43,618 bases of DNA, filler included, from Catajapyx aquilonaris (GCA_000934665.2; 2 parts of 2 records of this genome joined end to end with filler, not necessarily neighbours in it), one strand, 5' to 3'; shown: positions 26,235 to 38,096, counted from the whole stretch's first letter. The notes: a model not told the origin generated them from the letters alone. Numbers and translations are program-made.

Positions 26235-27347
26235 ATGCAGTACAAGTTCTTTGCATTCCTGCTCTGCATTGCAGGCAGCGTCTTCGGCATCACACTAGGT
26301 CAGGTTAAATATTGATAAGTAGACTGTAAACTGTGAATTTAACAGCAATTGCATTTCCAGATGAGGCGTACAAGCGATGTAATGAGTCGTGAGGAATTGG
26401 AGCCATGTCTGGTGCAACTCATCAACGACCTTCGACCACTCATTCGAACAGGTATTTGCATCAGCCCGAAAATTATACATGTGGTTGTCGCTGTTTCTAC
26501 GTATATCGATGTTTCTTCTTGAATAAGACAAACTTAAAAAGGGGTAAACCAGCACTCAAGTGTATACACTGGAGTATCAAAATTTTACCAAGGAATACCA
26601 AGGGTGTAGAGGTGTCATTGAATTGCCCTTGGTATCACGAGAAAGGTTCCTTGGTGGGGTCACACCGGGTCACAAAAACGGTGTGGATGACCAAAGCATG
26701 TGAATAGTTTTAAAAAGTAGTAAGCATAATATTACCTACATTCTACAAGACAACATTCAATTGGGACGGTTGTAACAACTTCCTTGGGGTCGGTTGTAAC
26801 ATGTAACAAATTACCCTAAACCTAGACCCTAGACCCTGATTAAGTGCTATTTTGCGACACTTGGCTGCTCCAATATGCTTATAGGAGAGGATATAAAAGA
26901 CTATATACCTAACACCAAGGATTGTGGACAGGATGCCACAATAATGTATTCCTGATCTACCACTCGTCTAACCAACTTCACCCTAACTTGAATAGCAGCA
27001 ATAGTGGAGAAGGAAGGGAGTTCAAATCGTACGTACTGTACTAACTTACATAAAGCAGAAAGTTTGTTGGTTTTCTTTGTTTGTATTAATATGCCCCAGC
27101 TACCTAACGCACTTTCAGACTGCTGAGAGTATGGAAATTTACCACACTGACAAACATTTCATTTGCAGAAGCAGCAGCCTCTCAGTTTTTGGAGTCTAAT
27201 GCCGATGCCCTGATCAACATGCTCACATCTAGTGCAAGAAAGGGATTCAAACAGCTCACCGGAAACATGCTCAACAAAGTTCAGAGCAAAATATCGCTGG
27301 AAGACCTCGCAGGAAGCAAATATCTGAAGAAATCGTTTGATTTGTAA
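26235..27347 (+). pseudogene. takeout/JHBP-like pseudogene A3
   Basis: Exon 1 (26235-26298) is intact. Exon 2 (26361-26451) is 91 rather than 96 nt, giving TGA at 26390-26392. Exons 3-5 are absent. Exon 6 (27169-27347) is intact. Confidence 0.9.
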
Positions 27348-27788
27348 ATGTGTAAATATTGATATAAGTTCCTGCACCTTAAATTTCACGTAATAAAAAT
27401 GATGCATTCTGTAACAACAAGACAGTATTCCTCTGATTCATCTTGCTTTCAGCTCCTCTACACAGCTAATATTCTTACAATTTATTGGATGCGTAAGTAG
27501 CTAGTCATCAACTTGTTCATCACGCCAAATGGAAATTACTTGCTCACCAATAATAATTAATGAAATAATTTTTTCTTTAGTAAAGAACCTAAAACTTAGA
27601 GAAAGTCAGCAGTCTCAGGATCACACCCTGTAATAATCTGCTCACTACTACCAGCGACTATCGTGACTTTGAATGACCGCTAGTCTTTGCCAAGAGTTAC
27701 TTGTGACGCTAACGATTGGTTACGCAACGCTCATGAAGAGATGTAAACTGGATCGGAAGATGACCATTCACACATTTGCCTCTGAGCC

Positions 27789-29166
27789 ATGCAGTACAAG
27801 ATATTTGCATTACTGCTCTGCATTGCAGGCAGTGTTTCCAGCATCACACTAGGTCAGGTCAGACGGACATTACAAAGGTGAAATTCGTGTGTGGTATTAA
27901 CAGTAATTGTTTTTTCAGATGATGCGTACAAGCGATGCAAGAAGGTGACGCGAGAGGAATTGGAGCCATGTCTGGTGCAACTCATCAACGACCTTCGACC
28001 ACTCATTAGAGAAGGTATTTAAATCAATGCGAACTAACAGAATATGCGAAGTATATAGTAAGTTGTAGTGTAGTTTTAGGCTACTGCAGACCTGTTGGTG
28101 TCAGTTGATCAATTTCCTCCCTGGATTGCAGAGAATGAATGTTACTTTTAAAATAAATTCAGTAAACGGTAACCTTCCAGGCATACCTGAGTTGGGCATC
28201 ACAGGTAACAAAATAAATTCAGAAACATTGAACCACGACGTGAGAGAAGGACCTAACAATTATGTGGTGTTAATCTTCGACAACATGTTTGTCAGAGGGT
28301 TTCACGACTTCGAGATGAAGTACCTCAGGTACGAAACACTTTCAATCTAATGTGATTTATTGTAATCAACATCAATAATATTATTGTACTCCTTGTGAGC
28401 AGGTTGGACTACGATGATAAGGTGGCGGCTTGGTCCGTGCTCTTTCCGAAACTTCAAGCAGTTTCCCAGTACATCATGGACGCAAAAGTCCTCTACTTTC
28501 CACTCTATGGAAATGGAACCGCTTTCATGAGTGCAGGTGAAGAAATAGGTCACACACTGTAATTGGGATACTCATAATGTGTATACATAATTATGTATTT
28601 ATTCAGACAATTATCAAATGAATGGCATCTCCAAGCTGGATATTCAGAAGATCAACGGGGACTGGCGTCTGCAGGAGACAGACACCGAAATGACCTTTGC
28701 CTACGAAAAGTCCGACTTCAAATATACCAACTTGTGCGATGGAAATGAAGCCATGGGTATGATATCCTTACAGTATAATATTCCAAGGTTCAAAACATTA
28801 TAGACCTCACTCAAATTTATATATATAGCAGCATGTATCCGGAACAAAATTAAATTAGTTGGTGATCCCAAGGGGAAATTGGGGGTTTTGAAGTGTGGTG
28901 AGAAACCAATGAATCCAAAGTGAACCCACACGAACACGAATAAAAACACTATTACTCATATTAAGCACTACTGTGATTCATTTGCAGAAACAGCAGCCTC
29001 TCAGTTCATGGAGTCCAACACAGATTCCCTGGTCAACTTGATCAGACCTGCTATAAGAAAATTATTCAGAGAGTTCACTGGAAACATGGTGAACAAGGTT
29101 CTGAGCAAAATATCACTGGAAGATCTGGCAGGAAGCCAATATCTGAAGAAAGCATTTGAGTTGTAA
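27789..29166 (+). CDS. takeout/JHBP-family protein, copy A4 (256 aa)
   Basis: Exons 27789-27852, 27919-28014, 28181-28328, 28403-28536, 28607-28756 and 28988-29166; open frame; AATAAA at 29197. Confidence 0.9.
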
Positions 29167-29290
29167 ATGTTTTGTATCATCCCAGTTTATCCCTAAAATA
29201 AATATAGGATATTCATAATTCAATTTCATGGCTCGTGATTTCGAGTATATGAGTCAGGTCTATGCTATAGCATAGGCCTGATTCATCCAG

Positions 29291-29692
29291 ATGACAAAGT
29301 GCGAGATTGTCGTGCTCCCTTGTTGTTGTTTTTTAGCTTTCCAGTCTCGGTTGGTGAATACATCAACAATGAGGAATACTGATACACTTACTTTACTGTA
29401 TATTTTGTCAGTCTGATGATGTGGAAGAGTAAAAGAACAGTGGGTTGGGTGTCGTTGATTGGTTGTCTCCAACACTGTCTCCTCGATATTTTCCCAATCA
29501 AGTAAGTAATTGCAAAGATAGAAGGCATGTATAAAGGAATATTGATATAAGTACCAGCACCTAATCTTCCACGTAATAAAATAATATAAATATGCTATAT
29601 GCATTGTCTAAATGGAATATTCTACCACTGACTGATTTTATTTTCAGCTCCACTGCATAGCAGGAAGGCTATTATTTCAATTTATTGCATGT
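29291..29692 (+). pseudogene. Possible remnant of an unrelated small multi-exon gene
   Basis: Three GT-AG bounded, phase-0 segments: 29291-29353 (MTKCEIVVLPCCCFLAFQSRL), 29412-29501 (in-frame TAA at 29430) and 29648-29692. The third segment has a paralogue at 27453-27492. Confidence 0.35.
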
Positions 29693-29789
29693 GTAAGTGG
29701 TTAATCATCAACCTGTTCACGCCAGGTGGAAATTACTTTCTCACAATTCATATAAATAAATGAAATGAATGACTCTGGGGGTCCTTATG

Positions 29790-30170
29790 GGAAAAGTTGA
29801 ACCAGATAGATTTCGATGAAACTTGGTCAGATGATAGACCTCGACCTTACGGGCAATATTGTTCCGAAGGCTGAAGAAATCTACCGTGCCGTTTGGTCGC
29901 TAGAGGCGCTCAAAATCGTAATTTCAGGTAGCTCATGTAGGGCTCGTTTTCACTTATGTTGTAGAGTTTCATGAGCTAAGTCGAATGAGCCCTGTGGAGA
30001 TTTTCTGTGACAAACAATTTGGCAGATAGAATCTAGAAACGCCCAAAGGGGCCACGGCTTTCCAACACCCCGCCACTCTTCCACTCCAACCGCCACCAAC
30101 CGACTAAGGAGCACAACTTTCAAACTCAGTTGTGCGTCTACAGGCCAAATGGTTTGTCACAAAAAACTGA
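29790..30170. mobile_element. Non-autonomous transposon fragment (Helentron/DINE-like internal motifs), approximate bounds
   Basis: Motifs GATTTCGATGAAACTTGGT and CGCTAGAGGCGCT resemble such elements. It abuts and truncates the A4b exon fragment. Termini not identified. Confidence 0.35.
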
Positions 30171-30174
30171 ATGT

Positions 30175-30280
30175 TATCTGAAGGACGCTCGTTTGATTTG
30201 TAGACATATTTATTATATTTCAATGGATGGCTGAAATAAACATGGGAATTTGATAATTATTTAATTTTGGACTCTTGATA
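30175..30280 (+). pseudogene. takeout/JHBP-like fragment A4b: final codons of exon 6 plus 3' UTR
   Basis: TATCTGAAGGACGCTCGTTTGATTTGTAG matches TATCTGAAGAAATCGTTTGATTTGTAA. It is followed by ATGGCTGAAATAAA.ATGGG as in the A2 3' UTR. Confidence 0.75.
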
Positions 30281-30284
30281 TTAG

Positions 30285-30495
30285 TGTGGCGTATTTACAA
30301 TATCAGCATATTGTGAAGTCCCTCAGATGGCAGCAGTGGCGTCTGGGTATGGACCTGGGGAAGTGCTCTTTTGTGAGTGAGTCGTGTGACGGACTGGAAG
30401 CGGGCTGGTCTAATAAATGGTTTGGTCCGAACCTGTAACATTATTGGACCACGGCCACTACCCTGTGTCACATTTTGGGGTCGGAAGGGATGACA
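30285..30495 (+). mobile_element. Possible short solo LTR
   Basis: TGTGGC...ATGACA ends, internal AATAAA at about 30412, imperfect 4-bp flanks TTAG/TGAG. Confidence 0.35.
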
Positions 30496-30717
30496 TGAGG
30501 AGGTCAACCTCGTAATATTTGTTTGTTAAAGACAATTCCAGCTTAATGTGCGTCCAAGCTGGATTTGGAAGACCTTCGGAGGTCACCTTCAATTACCCTC
30601 TATACACTGTATCCATGAAGCTAATGACGATTGTTTTCAACCAGATAACTTGTTTTTGGTACGACAGTAAACAGAGTCAATGCCCATCATGCCATCAACC
30701 TCTTACACATCGTCCCA

Positions 30718-30724
30718 TATAAAA
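30718..30724 (+). promoter_or_regulatory. TATA box of copy A5
   Basis: TATAAAA 67 nt upstream of the ATG at 30785. Confidence 0.55.
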
Positions 30725-30784
30725 ACGGCACCTTATTTGCGCTCCCTTTTGAACAACAACCATTTTCTCTCTGGACACCCAACC

Positions 30785-32252
30785 ATGCAGACAAAGTCAT
30801 TTGCAGTATTTTTCTGGCTCTTTGCCAGCGTATTTTCCATTACTCTTGGTGAGATTAAGTTCAACTAGAAGTGAAGAAATGTGTTTAAAGCCTGTTTCAT
30901 AAATAAATGATCGCGCGATCCGGCAGCAGCGACAGAATGCGGCGATGAATGCCGCATGCTGCCGCTGCGTTGGAATGTGGCGATGGGTCGCGTGTTCAAT
31001 TCATATAAAAAAACGGATGCGCGACGAGGCGTGCGCGGCGCGCTGTCACGTGACTCCATCCTGCTTCTCCCATTGGCTCCAGCTCCTGCGATGAGTCCCG
31101 ACGCACATTCAATATCAAACCGGCCGGATGTGGTGCGACGCGATGAGTTCCAGCGACCGTCGCGCCTGAATTTATTTATGAATTGGACGGACGCGCGACG
31201 GTCAAGCCAGATCTGCGACCCACAGCAGATCGCCGTCGCAGAGTTTATTTATGAAACGGGCTTTACTTTCAGATGAAGCTTACAACCGTTGCAGAAATGT
31301 TGATCGTGAAGGATTGGAACCTTGTGTGGTGCAGCTTATCAACGAACTTGTACCACTCATTCGAACAGGTATTTATTGTTTATTTATTTTAACATATAAT
31401 TTTGCTTAATTTGTTAAGGTAACACTATTTCTTGCTGTTGTAGGAATCCCGGAGTTGGGAATCAAAGGTGATAAATTCTACCCTGAACACTTAGAGTTCA
31501 ACATGAGAAACGGGCCTCACAATTACTTCGTGTCATCATTCGACAACTCTGTGGTCAGGGGTTATCACGATTTCCAGATGGAATATCTGAAGTACGTACA
31601 TATTGGCAATACATTACAATCATATAATAAGGATTATTTTCACAGTAGCTATTAATTTTTCAGAGTGGACTACAAGAACAAGGTGGCAGCATGGTCGATC
31701 GAGTTCCCTAAAATAATTTTCACTTCCCAGTACATTATGGATGCGAATGTGCTTTACTTTCCAATATATGGAAATGGAACGGTTTGGTACATTATAGGTG
31801 AGTATAAGGTGTTATTTCAATCTGAAAAGTAATATGCCTACAATATTAAAAACATTTGAAATGTAGACAATATGCGGTTCAATGGTATCTCCAAACTGGA
31901 TGTTGAGAAAATCAATGGAAATTGGCGACTTCAGGAGGTTGATACTGACTTGACCTTCTCTTACAAAAATGTTGGTGCAAAATTTACTAATCTGTATGAT
32001 GGAAATGAGGGTTTAGGTAAGTATTGTATGGCTAATTTGCATACTAAAAGAATGTAAATTAATTTTGATCAATCCACAGAAATAGCAGCCTCCAAATTTT
32101 TGGACTCCAACGTTGATGCCATGGTGAACATGATGAGACCAGATATACACAAAATGTTCAGACAATTTACTAACAACGTGGTGAACAAAGTTCTGAGCAA
32201 AATATCACTGGAGGACATAGCTGGACATGAGTACTTGAGAGAGTGGTTTTAG
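30785..32252 (+). CDS. takeout/JHBP-family protein, copy A5 (254 aa; divergent A member)
   Basis: Exons 30785-30848, 31273-31368, 31444-31591, 31664-31797, 31867-32016 and 32080-32252. It stops two codons before the paralogous stop (TAG ATG TAG); AATAAA at 32296. Confidence 0.87.
30886..31265. mobile_element. GC-rich MITE in intron 1 of A5
   Basis: 22-bp inverted ends TAAAGCC(T/C)GTTTCATAAATAAA plus a second internal inverted pair (about 30995-31026 and 31158-31188). Absent from the paralogous introns. Confidence 0.85.
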
Positions 32253-32408
32253 ATGTAGAACAAAACACCTAAGAATTGTGTACAAATGAAATGGAAATAA
32301 ATTGCTTTTTATTTTTATGTTTTGTTGTCCATAAATAATTTCCAAACCTAACATAACGTCGTACTAACAAGTAAGTCCATACTCACCCACATTTAGCACA
32401 TACTTAGT

Positions 32409-32522
32409 AATTAGTTCCGGCCAATTTATCCTGGTCTTGAAGCAACCCTTCACGCTACACCTCACCGTAGGGTCTGTGCGAAGGGTTGCTTCAAGACCAG
32501 GATAAAGTGGCAGAAACTAATT
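32409..32522. mobile_element. Hairpin MITE, copy 1
   Basis: Inner IR TTTATCCTGGTCTTGAAGCAACCCTTC / GAAGGGTTGCTTCAAGACCAGGATAAA; outer AATTAGTT...AACTAATT. Confidence 0.8.
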
Positions 32523-32894
32523 GATTCCGATAGCACATTACGCAAAGGCCTACATAATACTTTCCGTATTTTATGCAATTCAATTACGTAGTGAAAAACG
32601 ACAAAATATTTATGAGAAAATTGTAATTGCGACAACCCCACCTAACTTGTTAAAAAAAGGGTCGTAATCCTCCGATGCATTCAAATTGAGTAATTATTGC
32701 AGCCCTTATCACCGGGTGATATAACATGGTGCACATGTCACCTGGTTACATAAAATATTCCTCGTCAACCGACGTCACAAAAGTGTAGGAAAACTAGTTT
32801 CTGCCACCGTATTTTAAGTTTTCATCACTTCGAGGCATACTTAAATCCAAGTAGTGCGAGAGAGCAAAGGATAGTTGGTATTGCAGATAGGAAG

Positions 32895-34656
32895 ATGAAG
32901 GTCCTTCTGGTTCTGAGCTTCCTCTTGGCCACCACATTCGCCATCACTTTAGGTGAACATAGTCATTACCTTTGTTCTGACATGTTCTAACGATATTTAT
33001 TTTTGGTTAGATGAGGTCTTTGAGAGGTGCCAGGCTGTTCTGCGAGAGGATCTGGAGCCATGCCTGATCAACCTGATTAACGATATGAAGCCATTGATTT
33101 ATGAAGGTAATGAATTTTATTATTCATATGGTGTAAGGTCTTGATAATGTACAGTCGGCTGCAAAAACTTTAGGCCACTTTATCCTGGTCTTGAAGCAAC
33201 CCTTCGCACACACACACTTCCTCAGCGTGGGGCATATGCGAAGGGTTGCTTCAAGACCAGGATAAAGTGGCAATCAAAAAGTTTTTGCAGTAGACTGTAC
33301 AGCACAGGAATTAATTAATATTAATTGATCAATTACAAAGAGTTGGTGGCACAATAATCCTTCACATATTATTCTTAAAACTATGTCTGATAATTAAAAT
33401 CCGGAAAAAATGACTTTTCATCTGAAAATTGTATGGATATCCTGGTTCGTCTATGTCTGTATAGCAAAGAAAAATGCAAACGATATTATTATTTAACATG
33501 TACTGTACCTCAATTGCACCAGAGTGCTGATGTAATGGCAAGATTGTTCTACGCAAGAGCGTAAAAAGTACCAATCGTAACTCTTAATCTTGCAATAAGT
33601 TATAGGCGACAACTAGTAGTAGCACTTCACCTTGAACAGGAAGTTGCCCCGTCTCAACCTTGATTATGCTTTTTATACTATTGTTAACGCACAAGTCATG
33701 TAATCATTACCATTCGTCTCAGGTGATTAAATTTTTAATCACACTCTTCTTAGTCAAATATACGATCTAATAGTAGGATCATTGGAAAGTGAAAATTTGA
33801 AGTGTATTTTTTTTAATGTATAGGAATTCCTGAGCTGGGTTTGGAACCTTTTGATGTCATAGAAGGAGATCCTATGGAATTTGACAACAAACATGGAAGC
33901 AGCTACTTGAGAGCAACCCTTCATGAAGGACACATCAAGGGATTTGAAGACTTTGAAATGAAAGATTTGGAGTAAGTCGTTTTTGTCTTCAACTAAACAA
34001 TGCGATTAACTGGCTATGTTGCAGAATTGATTACGACAAGCATATTGCCCGCTGGACAGTCCGTGTTCCCCAAGTTCTTCAAACAGCCAGATATTCCCTT
34101 GATGCCAAAGTAGCCTACTTTCCACTCCATGGAAATGGGACCTGCTGGCATCGAGTTGGTAAGGCATGTCTTGACCTGTCATCAAGAACAGAAGTAGTGA
34201 TGTGATGGTTTCAGAAAATCTGCTGATGACCGGCCTGACTAAGTTTGGTGTCGAGAAAATAAATGGCCAGTTGCGTATACAGGAAGTGGACACGGTGATA
34301 GATTTCACCTATGAGAAGGTGGCTCTTAGATTCAATAATCTTTACAACGGTGACCCCATAATGCGTGAGTATTTGATAAACTCGGGACTGCTAGCATAAT
34401 TCCTCATTCTTCACCTAGATGGCGCATCATCCTACTGCCACTATCAGTGTTTTTAATGGCGATTTATGTTTCAGAGGGAGCAGCTACTGTCTTCTTGGAC
34501 ACAAATGCTGACCTCCTGGTCAATGAGATGCGGCCGTCGGCAAAGAAGGTTTTCCGTCAAATCACAGGAAACACCATCAATAAGGTCTTGGCCAGAATTA
34601 AGCTGGATGACCTGGCCGGAAGCGAGTTCATCAGGAAATCGTTTAAACTTGAATAA
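32895..34656 (+). CDS. takeout/JHBP-family protein, copy B1 (255 aa)
   Basis: Exons 32895-32952, 33011-33106, 33824-33971, 34025-34158, 34215-34364 and 34475-34656. Contains GIPELGLEPFD and FNNLYNGD, the closest matches here to canonical takeout motifs. Confidence 0.9.
33152..33297. mobile_element. Hairpin MITE, copy 2 (intron 2 of B1), TA-flanked
   Basis: TA|CAGTCGGCTGCAAAAACTTT...AAAGTTTTTGCAGTAGACTG|TA encloses the same inner IR. Confidence 0.88.
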
Positions 34657-35670
34657 GATCATTGATTAAAGCAGACCCCGTTTAATCGACTCAGTACATT
34701 GAAATACTCGTATACGTTTGTTAACAATGACCTGTGGAGACTATATGTACAGCTAACGTCTCAATATGGTCATTTTTGACATTTCAAATATGTTTTCATT
34801 TCTTGCAAAATAATACACCTGCCGGTATGTGTATATTATAGCCAATCAATATATGGTACTTCATTTCAAAATTTCATGTACGATTGCAATTTTAAACAGT
34901 CACCTATCAATTATGACTATTAAAATTTTTAGCCTCAACGAAAATAATTTTGACGGACTTTGTTTATCACATGTTTGTCCATTTTAAACGGCAGAAAAAA
35001 TCTACTCAATAACAATGGGTGTCAGAATCACCATTCTGCACTTTCATAATACACACTCTCGTGTTGAATATATTGTATATTTCCTATTGCATTCTTTACT
35101 CAGCTTAAAACCTGTTCTGATGTGCAATAGCTCAATAAACAAGCAAATAGCAGACTTTTCATGCTTTTGATATTTTTGTAAGCGTATATTACCATTTTAG
35201 TCAACATGCACATGCTGACCTTGAACCAATTATTCTTGTCAGATTTTCCTCTCATTATTCGCCTTAGGCTGTCTATGCCAACCTGATCTGCAAGTGTCAT
35301 CACGCACGCATAATACTATAGAGAGGTGGCATCTAGAAGAATATAAAAGGCTATATTGTGCATAAATTAAGAAACAAATTATTAAGAGGTAAAAATACCA
35401 ACCTTTCAAGGTCAGTCTGATATTGCGTGTATCTCCAGCTTTCAGGAATACACCAGTATGTAGATATAGGTCGCTCAAACTGATTACAGTATATACTACT
35501 TATGCGTTGTTACAACTAGGAAATTGTACACAAACATGAAGGTCATGCAGTATTTCCTAGGTTGCTGACACCTTGTTTGTCGAAAGTTCATTTAAGTCGT
35601 CATTTCATGAGCAGCTTGGATAATATTATTATCAGTTTCGTTTATGAAATACATACTTATGTGCTATGTA

Positions 35671-35801
35671 CTATGGGGCTCAAATTCGCCACTTTATCCT
35701 GGTCTTGAAGCAACCATTCGCACAGGTCCCATGGTGAGGATGTGTGTAAAGGTTTGCTTCAAGACCAGGATAAAGAGGCCGAAACAATTTGAGCCACATA
35801 G
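35671..35801. mobile_element. Hairpin MITE, copy 3, TA-flanked
   Basis: TA|CTATGGGGCTCAAATT...AATTTGAGCCACATAG|TA encloses the same inner IR; loop orientation is opposite to copy 1. Confidence 0.85.
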
Positions 35802-36039
35802 TACGGTACAATAATGGTCTTCAAGCAGTCATTATGGGGACATCTGATATATTATATGATTTTTTTTTTCATTTTCCTACGAGGGACATGTCATTCTCAC
35901 ATAGTAAGTTACTGCACATGCGTGCTCCTTCGCATACGTGAAACCAGCCTGAAACAGGCAGGTTTCTGCGACTGACCATATCTCAAGTTTTGGGGCCACT
36001 GCACTTCCGTCAAGGCCTTTCCTCAAAGGGACTCTATAC

Positions 36040-36125
36040 AAGGGACAAACAAAAAAATAAGGAAAACAGGTATTGGAAGGTAGGCTGGTCCAAACCAGAC
36101 TCAGTTGGCATTTGGAAGCGGAACA
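36040..36125 (+). promoter_or_regulatory. Conserved TATA-less promoter/5' UTR of B2 (repeated before B3, B4, B5) with arthropod Inr TCAGTT
   Basis: GGAAAACAGGTATTG...AGACTCAGTT.G.ATTTGGAAGCGGAA.A(A)TG is conserved four times. TCAGTT at 36101, 38072, 40144 and 42540. Confidence 0.65.
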
Positions 36126-37672
36126 ATGAAGGTCCTGTTGGTTTTCGTCTGCCTTTTGGCCACCACACTCTCCATCACATTGGGTAAGGTTTTCTAATTA
36201 AACAATATATTTTCAATTAAAATATTATATCATCATGAGTAATGAGCATTTTTGGGGGCCAGATGAGGCTTTTCAGAGGTGCAAGAATGTGCTGAGGGAG
36301 GACCTGGAACCATGTCTGATCAACCTGATCAACGAGATGAGACCCTTGATTCATGAAGGTAATGTGCTACTGTTCCAAATGTGGAATTCTAGAAGTTCAT
36401 AGATAAAAATTCCTAAAATTTGTTGAATGCCAAGTGTCAACCTACAAGGCAACATTCACTGGATAAGACCTGAACAAACCGGATTTTGATGCAATGCCTG
36501 GTTTTTTGTTAACCTAATATCATATTTGCAATACTATCTTGAAGCAACAGTATACGTCTTGCTCAAACAAGTCTGATCATGAGAAACCACATTTTGAAGT
36601 AAGTTAAATTGCCCTGTTAGTATGCCATTAAAAGTGGGCGTATCATATTGGAAAATTTGTAGTTTCGACTAAAAGTTTTTTTTAGTAAATAAGAGTTTAT
36701 ATTAAGACAGTGTGTACGTAAATATAGGTGAGTAGTCCTTGACCTTGGGAACCCAGACATGCCTTGCATCTTGGTAGACTTGATGGTATGTGTTGTTTTT
36801 TTGTCAGGTGTTTGTCTCAAATTATAAGTTTTCAAACCTGTTATTGCAACGTTTTTAATGCTATTTTTAATTTTAGGAATTCCTGCGCTGGGACTTAAGG
36901 CTATTGACATCGATTCGGAATCACTGCACATTGACGAAAAGCATGGAAACAGCTACGTGAAAGCAAGTTATGACAATGGAAAAGTTAGGGGATTCAACGA
37001 GTTTGAAATGAAGAATTTAGAGTGAGTCTTTTTAATGTGTGTTTTTTTTGGTATGAAACTATTAATAGTTTGTTACAGGATTGATTACGACAAGAGGATT
37101 GCTCGCTGGACAGTTCGAATTCCCCAAATGCTGTTTACTAGCAGATACTTTATGGACGCCAAAATTGCCTACTTTCCACTCCATGGAAATGGCACATGCT
37201 GGCAAAAAGTTGGTAAGTCCACTGGTGTCACTCTGAAGACAACAGGTTTTGGTCGAGGTTTCGGGTTGTTTCAGACAATGTGATGTTGAGTGGCGTGTCC
37301 AAGTTTGGTGTCGAGAAAATAAATGGAGAGTTGCACGTACAAGAAGTGGACACTGATCTGGATTTCAACTATGAGAAAATTTCGATGCGAATGAATAACC
37401 TTTTCAACGGGGATCCCATACTGCGTAAGAGAGTCTTACGAATTGAAATAATGTGTGTTGTTTCTTACTCCATTATGTTACTTTCAGAGGAAGCGGCGAC
37501 GGTCTTCTTGGACTCGAACGCTGACCTTCTGATCAATGAGATGCGACCATCGACAAAGAAATTTTTCCGGAAAGTGACTGGAAATGTTGTCAACAAGGTC
37601 TTGGCCAAAATCAAGCTGGATGATGTAGCTGGAAGCGAGCACATCAGAAAAGCTTTCAACCTTGGAGAATAA
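36126..37672 (+). CDS. takeout/JHBP-family protein, copy B2 (255 aa)
   Basis: Exons 36126-36183, 36263-36358, 36877-37021, 37079-37212, 37275-37424 and 37488-37672; open frame. Confidence 0.9.
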
Positions 37673-38096
37673 GTTGCTCTACGATTCAAACTTGAGAAGC
37701 ACTTTTATGTTGCTTTGATTTTTACAAATATACCTGTAATTGTTTAATCCACTCAACATACTGTCGTATTCTAAAAATAAACTTAGAAAGCTTACCATAC
37801 ACGTAGGTGCGGTAGTGTCTTGGACAATATTTGAGTAATACGTGTAAGTTGTTTTTTGCTCAATAAATTCTGGAAAACGACCTACTGTCATCCTATGTTT
37901 CTCAAATGTAAGCGCAAATGCTTTTAATTATAATTTAATTGACTCAAATTTTAGGGACATTTCACTCCCTCAAGGCCTCTTCTGGCACATATAGTCTCTT
38001 ATTCATGTACTATGCAAGTGACAAAAAATCAGGAAAACAGGTATTGCAGGGCAGGCTGGTCCAAACCAGACTCAGTTGGCATTTGGAAGCGGAATA

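Noticed and set aside
32409..35801. Repeated palindromic ~30-mers as a CRISPR-like array
   Set aside because: The repeats are inverted pairs, dispersed and TA-flanked, with no regular spacers or cas genes; the context is eukaryotic.
37425..37487. Stop-free in-frame introns (B2 intron 5; also A2 intron 3, 25207-25284) as coding retained introns
   Set aside because: Not conserved in paralogues and expected by chance for some short introns.
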